Shown here one piece after another: positions 52,780 to 64,000 of a stretch of 64,000 nt of DNA (the first letter of the stretch is position 1; every line of letters starts with the position of its first letter). Where the stretch lies: positions 192,882,001 through 192,946,000 of the forward strand of contig OZ024741.1 in the NCBI GenBank assembly GCA_964016885.1. The letters run 5' to 3'. The position numbers were made by a program, and so were the translations under genes. Below the pieces are notes generated by a model. The model was not told the DNA's origin. It was given only the letters and a program-made list of their open reading frames with translations, and did no database searches. This DNA comes from Eledone cirrhosa (lineage: Eukaryota).

Positions 52780-55700
52780 TAGAGCACTTGAAAGAACAAT
52801 TATAGAACGAAAACACAATTAACGAACACAAAACAACCATTGAATACAAACATGTTGAGAATTTGAAATATTAAGATAAAACAAACATATCCTAAACAGA
52901 TAAAATAAACAACAAAACTCCAACTCTAAAAGACAAAACAGAACTGACCAACAAAAACCGATTATAGACAACGCAGCCAAAATTACAAATGAAAAGAAAT
53001 ATGAGGAGAAAGATGTAGGAAAAAGAAACACTAAATAGAAAATCCAAAACTAGAAGAGCATAAAGCTGAAAATAGTTAAAGAATTCCAAACAATAGATCT
53101 GCCTATTGACCAAAGAATACACCCCACAAGATAAAAATTAAAAATGAAATCGCAACAATTATAAAAAAAACCCCTTAATTTTGCCATCATAAACTTAATA
53201 AACACGAATAGAAACATTATTATCAAAAGGCTAAATAACATAATATAGATCTACACAAGCAAGAATAATCTCCACAAAAATGGAAATCAAAGATACTATA
53301 TAAGATAGAAAGCAAAAGAAAAGATCTCTCAATCTTGAAATAGGAAAGAAAACATTGAATGGGAATAAAATAAAAATACTATAGATATAACAGAGAAGGA
53401 AATCCCGGAGACCAAGGAATACTTAAAACAACAAATACGTTCAAAGGCACACCGGAGATGTGAAAAGCTCCAAAAGATGTTTGAACTAAACCAACGATTT
53501 CCCTCCAGCCCAGAACAGGAAGTTAATAAGAGCAAAATAGAAGTAAATCTAACCCAAAAGTAAAAGAAGGGGAAGAGTTCTGGAGAAAATTATGGACGGA
53601 AAGAGATGGGAAATTACCATGCACAGAACTAGCAAGAACAACGAACACAACACCTGAACAACTGATGACATGTCTAGCACATTAAAAAATGCAAGCAACT
53701 GGAAGGCACTGAAATATTTCAAGAACCCACATTTTTGTATGAAATATTTAGCAGAGACGCCTAGTACACTTCGAAAATAGTTTAATGACATACCAGCCGA
53801 GACAGAAAAGACAACTTACTGGCTCAGTAAGGAGAAAACCACCTTGATCCCCAAGTAAACTCCCAAAACTACAGGCCCATAACATACCTTCATACTATAT
53901 ACAAAACTTTAACTGCAATAGTCTCACATAAACTGACAAAGCACCCGGAAAAAAGACAACATACTTCCAGAAGAACAGAAAGGATACTGCAAAGGCTTAT
54001 ATGGCTGTAAAGATCAGTTGCTAATCAATAAAGCCATATCTGACAACTGCAGAAAAAGTAAAAAACAAAACAAAAAAAAGCATGGCATAGATTGACTACA
54101 AGAAGGCATTTGACAGTGTTACCCATGCATAGATGCTGAACATACTAGCCACGAATAAAGTGGCGCCAACCATAAAAACATTTATTAAGTGCTAAAGAGC
54201 TCTGCATATACAAACGAAGGATGGACTTATAAAACTTGCGCCTATCTCAATCAACAAAGGCACATTTCAAGGCGAGTCCGTATCACCACTACCTTTATGC
54301 CTAGCACTTATGCTATTATCTGAGACACTATACAGAACTGAACTGGGGACATAAATACTAGAATAAGAAAATTAATCATCTCCTGTATATGGATAATATA
54401 AAGCTGTGTGATGCAGACAAGAAACAACATAGCACTGTCATAGACAATACATGAATTTACGAAAGAAATAAGCATGAAATCTGGACTAGAAAAATGTGCC
54501 TGGGAAACTCTTAAAAGAGGAAAATTAATGAAAAATACTAATATAATGCCAGGTAAAGAAACTGCGATATGAAAATAAGATCAAACACAGACATACTAAT
54601 ACTTAAGTATGAACGAAATAGATAGGGTTCAATATACACAGCTGAAAGAAAAGATTAGATTGGATTCCAATAAATGGATTAGATTACTACTTAAGATAGA
54701 ACTGAATACAACGAATAAGGAAATTGGCATACATACTCTAGCAATTCCAGTAATAAGCTACAGCTTTAGTATTTTGAATTGGACATTAAAAAGAACTAGT
54801 TGGAAAGACAGAAAAAAAGAAAAATAATGACTGTATTTAGAATACACGAATATACTATCCAAAATCAGGAATAGAAAGATTATACCTACCATGAACACAA
54901 GGAGGAACGAACCTTGTGCAACTAGAAAACTATTAAGAAATAACCAATGTAGGACTACAAAAATATTTAATGGAGAATCGTTTAAAGTTAGCACAAATAC
55001 ACATGAAATATGAGCGAAACAAAACATTTTTTCAATCTTCAAGTAAGCCATCAAATTCAAAACAGAGGTTGAATTGACAGATAAATGTAACGAAAATGAA
55101 AACGCAGAAGAAACATCAACAGTAAATGCGAAAATGCTAAAATCCAAATTGTAAATAGATCTCCAGAATGCTATCTTAAATGATGGTAAGAAAACCTCTT
55201 ACATAGCAAATACCAGATAAAGCTGAATAGGGACGTAGTAGGGAAACAACATTTCCAAAACTTGTTAAGAAGCACTGGACTAAAACCCGAGACTGAAGAA
55301 TTCCTAATTGCCGCGCAAGACCAAAGCCTCTGCGCCAGAAACTACAAAAATACATAATGAAGCAGAACAAAATATGTAACTGCCGAATATGCAGCGATGG
55401 AGACATTGTTGTCGTAGAAAGATAACAAGGCGTGTATTGTTGACATTGCGTCAACGTGGGACGACAGAATGAATGAGAAGGAGGGTGAGAAAGTTGAGGA
55501 ATACCAGGAGCTGAAGAGGGAAATCGGGAAACTATGGTGAATAAGACACGTAGAAGTGTACTGATTCTGGTTGGTGCACTGGGAATAGTTAGTAGCTAGG
55601 AAGTACCATCACGACGTCTTTGTTGTAGAAAACAGCCTTGCTAGGAACAGCAAGGCTTCTAACAGGGCGTTAGAATATTAAAGGAGAAGGGGAATGATCC

Positions 55701-55782
55701 AAAGGACCTTTGGCCATTGGCTATGGCTCGCTGTTTTAGTATAGTGTCGGTATAACATCTGCCAGAGCAAAAGCGTTACGAA
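52780..55782 (+). pseudogene. Old R4-type LINE (family D) joined near 55405 to the 3' end of another RLE family
   Basis: NYRPIT, PEEQKG, GCKDQLLINK, AWIDYKKAFD, LLYMD, ETEEFLIAAQD and CRIC motifs, then an RLE remnant and (TAA)n. Confidence 0.75.
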
Positions 55783-55784
55783 TG

Positions 55785-55844
<60 letters not shown>

Positions 55845-55849
55845 GCCAG

Positions 55850-56640
55850 ACTAGCCCAGACCCACTATAAGGGCTGGAGACACGATGTGATGGGCAGGGT
55901 GATCCACTGGCACCTGTGCAAAGTAAACAATCTACCACATTCTGAGAAATGGTATGAGCATAGGCCAGAGGCGGTGATGGAGAACAGTCAGGTGAAGGTG
56001 CTGTGGGATTTTAGGATACAGACGGACAAAAAACTGGAACACAATAGACCTGACCTGGTGGTTGTGGACAAAGAAAAAAGATCGTGCCTGATTGTAGATG
56101 TGGCCTGCCCGTTCGACACGAGAGTGCAAGAGAAGGAGAGGGAGAAAATTAACCGATACCAGGACCTAAAGTGGGAGGTGAAAAGGATTTGGAACTGCCA
56201 TGAAGTCAAAGTGATCCCGATTGTCATAGGCGCACTGGGGACTATCTCCAAAGGTTTCCAGGGATGGTTAAAGAAAATCGGCCCCTTCACGCTTTTTGGA
56301 ACGCTTCAAAAGGCATGCTTGCTTGGAACAGCAAGAACCCTCCGATACGTCCTGAATATCTGAGGCTGCAGGTAGTGGCTTGATATTCAATCCAACGGAC
56401 TTTCCAGTTAACCAACATCAATGACTGAGATTCAAGGAATAACAACAATAATAATAATAATAATAATAATAACGCTTCAAAAGGCATGCTTGCTTGGAAC
56501 AGCAAGAACCCTCCGATACGTCCTGAATATCTGAGGCTGCAGGTAGTGGCTTGATATTCATTCCAACGGACTTTCCAGTTAACCAACATCAATGACTGAG
56601 ATTCAAGGAATAACAACAATAATAGTAATAATAATAATAA
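55850..56640 (+). mobile_element. Two tandem 5'-truncated family B R4/Dong copies (55850-56470 and 56472-56640)
   Basis: Near-identical to 27555-28150; separated and flanked by (TAA)n. Confidence 0.92.
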
Positions 56641-59600
56641 TGTTTTCTTTATTAACCACAAGGGTTTACATAAAGTAGACATTAAGGACAGTACAGGACA
56701 ATACAGGACGGTACAGATGGGCATTTCTGCGTGTAAAAAAACAGAGGTTGAAATAAAATAACAAAGAAAAATTCCCCAATAGGGGGGAGACTTCCGAGGG
56801 ACATTTGTGGAGAAAGCCCATTAAAAGACCACAGTGGCCCTGACCACCAGAGCAAGTGCCCTCTCCCAGTTTTCCACCTTTAATTTACAGACACATACTC
56901 AGAGAAGGCCCATTCATTCGGGCCATTCTTGCCTCTCACCCATCTTTCAACAAAATGCTGGGAAGAGAGCACTTCCCTCTCTACCCTGATTTTCCTTTTC
57001 AAATGAAATTTTAAAAAGTTAATCAGGGCATCACCGAAGAGGTAAGTGCTCGTCTTCAGCCCTTTCAAACGTGTCCACCATACTATCTCTTTCGCCATGG
57101 CCACCAGACAGATAAAAACTGCCTGCCCTTCCCGGCTAAAGGAAGGGGCGGGGCAATCCTCACGATGGACTCAGCTGATAGCTTGATCCGTCCTACACGT
57201 AACAGCAGGTGTTCGACATAAACCCACAAGTCAGCAATGCTCGGACACTGGACAAGTGCGTGCAGGACGGTTTCGTCGCCCTGTGCGCATCTCGGACATG
57301 CCCGGCTGACGGCACCTCCATGCCTGTAAAGTTTATCCCGAACTGGCAAAGCACCCCGGTAGCACTGCCAGGCCAGGGATTTCTGGAAGTTGTCCATAGG
57401 CCCCGGCCCGAAAGTCCTTCCGAAGAGATTGGCTAGTTGATTTTCGTCGACGCGTGATTTTCTCCAAGTACGTCGTCGCTCTTCCCCTCCACTAATCCCC
57501 TATAGAACGCCAAGGTGGAGTTTCCACCGATCACATTGCCCGATTGGTCGAGGGCTGTGAGCGCCTGAAGACATTCCAGTCTCCAAGCGCTCCCTCTCGG
57601 TCTTCGCTTGACCCAGGACTGCAGCTCCGTCAAGGAGACGAGCTGGGGAAAAATGTGTCTAGCAAACGGCGACCACACCTGATCACCGTCGAGGAAGAGG
57701 TGGAGATGTCGTAGCCTGAGCGCGTGTCTGCGCATCATCAGCCACGGCATGCCCATCCCTCCACGTAGCAGGTGTTGACAGCAGATGGACCGCCTGACCA
57801 TCGGAGCGCGTCCCTTCCACAAGAAGCGAAAGAGCAAACGCTCCAGCGCAGTCAGGCGGGGCTTAGGACAAGGTACGACGGTCAGGCGGTAGTAGATGAC
57901 GGACGCGATGTACGCGTTAGCCACCTCCGCTCGACCTTTCAGGGATAGCTTCCTCTCCGCCCATTTCTGGGTGAGAGAAGCCACCCTGCTCGTCACCTCG
58001 TCCCAGTTTTTGTCCGTCTGGAGGTCTGGACCGAACTAGACCCCTAGCAATTTAACCGGTCCGTCCGTCCAGCGCCCGACGACGCTGTTGGACGGCATGG
58101 ACCTGCCTCTCCAGGTGCTGAGCTGCAGGCCCACTGACTTTTCCTGGTTGATCATTGCTCCTGTCACCGCTTCGTATTCTCTTAGTGTAGTGCCGATCGC
58201 CTCGATGTGTTTGGCGTTCGACACCACTACGGTGACATCGTCGGCATATGCTGACACGGATCTTCCGCATCCTAGTTCGCGCGGGATCCCCCTCAACGTC
58301 TCCAGTTTGTGCAGTAATGGCTCGAGAGTCAATACGTACAATAGGGACGAGAGGGGACATCCTTGGCGGACCGAGCGCATGATGTTGAACGGTTCCGAAA
58401 GGTGACCGTTCACTCTCACTACAGAGCAGATGTTGCTGTGCATGGCAGCGATCCAGCCTCTGAAGACGGGCCCAAAGCCAGCCGCCCTCAGGACTGCCTC
58501 TAGGTAACGATGGTCGACCCTATCGAAGGCTTTCGACTGATCTAAATTGATCAAAGACCCACCCGTGCCAGGTTCCCTAGCTACCCTCTCTACGATGTAT
58601 CGCACGAGGTGGAGGTTGTCGTGGATGGATCTGTCGGGAATGGCGCATGTCTGCGCCTCTCCCACCAGACCACCAACGACAAGCGCCAACCTCTTTGCTA
58701 GCACCTTGGCCAAAATCTTGAACTCTGTGTCTAGCAGAGTTATGGGCCTAAAATTATCTATGTTATCCCCCTTGTTCGGATCCTTTCTCAGCAGCGCCAC
58801 CGCTCCTCGGCTCACAGAGCTGGGAATTCTCCCGTTCTGTTGCCAGTTGCAGTAGACGTCCGCCAGGAGGCCTCCGAACAAGTTTGGCATTTGTACGTAA
58901 TGTTCATAGGGCAGACCATCCAAACCAGGCGATTTACCCCTTGTGCAACTAGTCATTGCATCCCGTACTTCAGCGGTTGTTATCGGCTTTTCGCAACACT
59001 CCGCCTCAGTGGCCGAAAGCCGCGGCAGTCCGTCGAGGTAGACACTAAAGTCCATCCCTCGATCCGGCCCGCCACTGCCCCCGAACAGTTGAGCGAAGTG
59101 TCGCTGAAATGCTTCACACATTTGCCCGGGATCGTGTAGCATGCGCCAGGGAATTTTGATGGCCGGTGGAACGTGGGTCACCCTGATCTTTACGAGTCTC
59201 TGGCCACAATAGCTTGGGACGAGTGTGAAGTCGTCACTTCTTAATGGGGCCATGGAGTGTTCTCTAGCCTCCTCTGGTGTTTCAAAGAACACATCCACGG
59301 TTCCATACTTTTGCCCACGTCTGATGTGGGTTTTTCTTGCCCACACGTGTCCCAAAGCTTTTTGGATTTGGGACTCGGATACCCGTTCCACTCGGCGCGA
59401 TTTTACATTTATTGTTCTATACGACACGGTGCATAGGCACCGATGCTCCATTTTATTAGGTGTGTGTGTGTGGGGGGGGGGGGTTGAGGCTGACCCTGTA
59501 CCCATCTTTCTTTACCATTTGTTTGGCATTTTCTAAATCCTCCTGAGTTACCGTAAATGCTTCGAACTGTTTTGCTACTCTGGCGAAACTGAGGGTCGAT

Positions 59601-60222
59601 TTTATAATGTCATTGTTGTTGTTGTTGTTATCGTTATTTGTGTTAATATTAATTTTAGTTTCAGTTGTGGTGGTGGTGACGTCAGTCGTCTTTGGTGAGG
59701 AAAAGTCCATTTTGCTTGATTTCATTTCGACATCACGAGTTAATTTATTTTTTTCTTCTTTTGTTTCTGTTGTCGCGGTGGTGGTGGGGGTGGTGGTTAT
59801 CGCGGTGGTGGTGGTGGTGGAGGCTTTAACACCTGCAGTCATTGGTAATGGCGGGAAATGAATGTCTGCCTGAGACAAATTTAAAATATTGCTAGTGCTT
59901 ATATTTTTTTTAGTGTTGGCAAACGTAGTAACATTTACAATGGTGGTGTCGGTGTGAGGTGTTAATTTGTGAGAAAGGCTTTCAGCTGCTTGGTGCAGAG
60001 GTGAATTAGCCATTTTTTTTCAAAGAAATTTTTTGATAATAATAAAAGTTAAAATTTTGGGCACAAGGCCCCAATCTTTTTGGGTGTCCTTTTCGGAAAA
60101 CAATGTATGTGCGCTTATATATGGTTAACAATAAAAATTTTCCATAAATGGCAATTTTTAACAAACGGAAATAACAAACCTTTGCGGAGCTCACGATGAT
60201 ACGATTTACTACGTAGGTCGCC
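56641..60222 (-). mobile_element. Tx1-clade LINE with internal deletion
   Basis: RT motifs KSPGLDGLP, DQSKAFDRV, RQGCPLS and SAYADD; CPRC..ETVLHALVQC; ORF1 remnants 59140-60013; (ATT)n at both ends. Confidence 0.9.
58036..59505 (-). pseudogene. Chimeric Tx1 ORF1-RT frame lacking the AP endonuclease
   Basis: ORF1-like N-part is joined at ...KIPWR|MLHDPGQMC... (~59140) to the RT; stop at 58036. Confidence 0.7.
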
Positions 60223-60267
<45 letters not shown>

Positions 60268-60271
<4 letters not shown>

Positions 60272-63200
60272 GAAAATAATGAGATCGTAAATAAATGAAA
60301 ATAATGAGATCGTAAATGATAAAGAAATGAATGAGAATGAACTTGCCAACTTGAAGGATGAAATTATGATCGAATGGATGAAAATGAAAGAATCTGACAT
60401 GGGGCAACGAGACACCCTCCCTAAGATCCAGAACTCCAAACAGAACCAAAAGATAATACACAAGGCTAACATAATTCTCAAAAACATTATCATCACAAAC
60501 AAACTAAACATTACTGATTTAAATCATCTATATTATGCATCGGCTAAAGTCACCACTCACTTATGTGGAGTGAAGATGAAAAAACAAAGGAATTCCCACA
60601 AGAAATCTACTTGGCAAGAGAACATCAATCGCCAAATAAACCTTCTCCGATCTGACATAGAAATTTTAACAAACTATAAAGTAGGTGAACATGTTAAACA
60701 AACTAAACTTAGAAAATGAAAAAAAAGTACAGTATAAAATCAACATGTGACATAGATATGCTGATAGAAATAATCAAGCAAAAAGTGTCGGCCAAAGCTG
60801 CTCGTATCAGGCGCTTTAAAAAACGATCTAGATTCTATAAGGACAATAATATGTTCAAAAACAACCAACGAAACTTCTACAGAAAAATTGGTAAGTCAAC
60901 AATAACTGCTAAATCAATACCACCCAAGGAGGAAGTGCAAGAATTCTGGGAAAAGATCTGGGCCGAAGAAAATGTTCATAACATACATGCCCCATGGATA
61001 GACAGACAAATGAAAGATACAGCTCACCTTGAGGAACAAATATGGGAAAATATAACAGTTGAACAGTTGCGCTTGGCTCTAAGAAAAACCAGCAGATGGA
61101 AATCCCCAGGAAAAGACAAAATACAAAACTTTTGGATAAATGCCTTCACAGAGTCTCATGAGCTGTTAGCCCAACTTTACAATGAAATAGTTAAGGAGCC
61201 AGAAAAGATACCATCATGGCTAGTTAACGGCATTACATTCCTGCTTCCGAAGAATGATGAGACAAACAATCCCAAAAATTACAGACCAATAACTTGCTTG
61301 ACCACAATGTATAAAATTTTAACATCAGTCCTAACTGAATACACATATGACCACCTGATAACAAATGACCTATTTCCCATTGAGCAAAAAGGGTGTAAAC
61401 GAGGCTCATAAGGCTGTAAGGATCAGCTTCTGGTTAACAAAATGATACTGGAAGATTGTCATAATAGACACAAAAATCTATCGATTGCTTGGATAGATTA
61501 TGAAAAAGTATTCGATAGTTTGCCACACAGTTGGATTGAAAAATGTTTAGAGATTTTCAAAATATCCTCCGTTGTCAGGAGGTTTTTGACATTCAGTATG
61601 AAGACATGGAAAACGACACTCCTTTTGAATAGTGAAACAAAATCACTGGAAGCTGGAGAAGTTAATATTAATTGTGGAATTTTTCAGGGTGACTCTTTAT
61701 CACCGCTTTTATTCTGCATCGCACTTATACCATTAAGTAAAATGCTCAATGAAACAAAACATGGATATAAAGTCTATGACAAAACCATTAATCACCTGTT
61801 CTACATGGATGACCTGAAACTATTTGCAAAAAATGATGAACAATTGCAAGGGCTATTATCCACTGTGGAGCAGTTCAGTGATGACATTAAAATGGAGTTT
61901 GGACTAGATAAATGCGCCAACGCAACGTTCACCAGAGGAAAGCTGCTGAAGAGTTCAGACATTAATCTTGATCGGGGGAACGTGATAAGAGAACTTGATC
62001 AAGAAAAAACTTACAAATATCTAGGTGTTTGTGAAGGAGACGGAATCAAGCACTCAACAATGAGGGAAAGGATAAGGAAGGAATGTTACCGCAGAGTAAG
62101 AGCAATCTTAAGAACGGAATTGAATGCAAGGAATAGGATCTATGCCATAAACACGCTTGCCATACCAGTAGTAACCTACAGTTACAATGTCATCAACTGG
62201 TCAAGCACAGAGATCCGTAGGCTCGATACAAAAATTCGAAAATTCTTAACCATGCACAGAATGCATCACCCTAAGGCAGATATAGATAGAATATATCTCC
62301 CTGGGAAAGAAGGAGGACGTGGGTTAGTCCAGTTAGACATTGCGTTGAAAACTGCAACAATTGGATTATCTACATATCTAAGGGAATCACATGATTGGAT
62401 GATCAAACTCGTTTTGAAACACGAAAGCATCAAAAGATCATATTCCATTACAAAAGATGCACAAAGATACAGTAATGGACTACAAATTTCAGAAGTCCCA
62501 TTTACTGCTGAAATGGAAAACACAGAAAAAGCAAAGCAGGTAAAAGTAACTGCAAAGAAAGAACTGCTACAGAAACTGGCTAAGAAATGGCAAGAAAAGC
62601 CTCTGTATGGAAAATACCCAGAGCGAGCTAACAATCCTGATGTTGACAAAACTTTAACCCATCAGTGGTTGGCATCCTCTGGACTGAAATCGGAGACTGA
62701 AGGACTGATTATATCAGCACAAGATCAGTGTCTGCCAACAAAAAATTACCAAGCCAACATAATAAAAATGGATGCAGCCCATTATGCCGTGTATGCAAAA
62801 AACAACCAGAGACCATTGACCATATAATTTCAATGTGCAGTCCTATAGCTCCAACCGAATACCTAAACAGGCATGACAGAGCTGCACAATACATACATTG
62901 GATAATGTGTAAGCATTTTGACCTGCCCATCAAAAGAATTGGTGGGAGCATCAACCACCTCCCATACTTGAAAAAGATCACATCTCAATCTTGTGGAACC
63001 TTAGCATCCAAACAGACCGAAAAATAGATGCAAATAGACCTGATATAATATTGAAGGACTTTAAAAAGAGGGTATGCCTGCTAATTGATATGTCTGTTCC
63101 AATAGACAAGAATGTATCTATAAAAACATTTGAAAAATTGAGCAAGTATAAGGACCTGGAGATAGAAATTGGAAAAATGTGGAAATTGAGAACTAAAACA

Positions 63201-63503
63201 ATACCAGTGGTTGTAGGCGCTCTGGGAATGATACCTAAGGGGTCTAATGATTACTTATCGCAAATCCCAGGAAACCCGCGTATAGGAGAAATACAAAAGA
63301 TAGTACTAATGGGAACTGCCCATATACTAAGGAAGATTCTGTCAATATAAGTACATCACAAGTCTAAACACTAAAGATGCATGTGTGAGTATGTATGTTC
63401 TTCCTTGAACATGGCGGACCTTGTTGTCTCTTGAGGTCACTGGTTGTGACTTGGTGATAACTCGTATGAACATAAAGCAAGATAAATGCAACTGTAATAA
63501 TAA
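60268..63503 (+). mobile_element. R4/Dong family A, 5'-truncated, lightly mutated
   Basis: ORFs 60327-60719, 60716-61411, 61442-62827 and 62991-63350 reassemble to RT (LFYMDD) + CCHC + RLE (NRPDI..LIDMSVP); 25-bp duplication at the 5' junction; TAA tail. Confidence 0.92.
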
Positions 63504-64000
63504 TAGAAGAAGAAGAATAACAGTAACAAGTTACACACACTATTTCATTTTGGGGTAAGGTTTTGTCCAATTTTGCATACTTACACCGACAACGATCGAC
63601 CAAAAATAACATCATTGGTTTCTGCAAGGGACAAGGCAAGTGCTGGAAAGAAAAAAACAAAAAAAACACAATAACTTTCCGCACGTAACAGACTCTTGGG
63701 AGCCGTCCAAATTATATTTTCCCCTAACTCCCCCAAAAAATTCAAAATAGCTTTAGCTTGAATTTATGGGAAGAAAGCGGAAATCAGGTGTCAACTTTCT
63801 CGTAGCAATAACAACAGGTTGATATTAGCTGCATGGATACAGAATACACAGCACAGACAAAACCAAACGCAACAACACTCCGTTGTTATGTCTATAATAC
63901 GTAACTTAACCGAGACAAAGCACAAAAACAGAAACAACAACACTAGCAATTTTAATGACTTCAAAGAGGAGGCACCAACCTATTCATAGACTGAAGTTGC

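Noticed and set aside
52560-52849. Poly-K/E/R/S/F ORFs
   Set aside because: Reading frames of a (GAA)n tract.

Overview
This is AT-rich eukaryotic DNA with no recognisable host protein gene. The repeat landscape suggests a cephalopod such as octopus, but that is an inference. The window is a mosaic of microsatellites and mostly decayed retroelements: Penelope-like elements (PLEs, RT + GIY-YIG) in (TA)n tracts, R4/Dong-type restriction-like-endonuclease LINEs stacked in (TAA)n tracts, Tx1-type LINEs and a tRNA-SINE in the same tracts on the opposite strand, plus RTE, CR1 and CRE fragments, Helentron-like pieces and a 1.5-kb minisatellite. The main hidden signal is RNA. About a dozen type I hammerhead ribozyme (HHR) folds from at least 7 unrelated sequence contexts can be read by eye. 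Several lie in short ORF-less units with terminal direct or inverted repeats (retrozyme-like or non-autonomous PLE units). One is a 256-bp HHR insertion with a perfect 13-bp target-site duplication (TSD) whose empty site survives in the other arm of an ~840-bp inverted repeat. All folds and boundaries were derived manually, and activity is untested.
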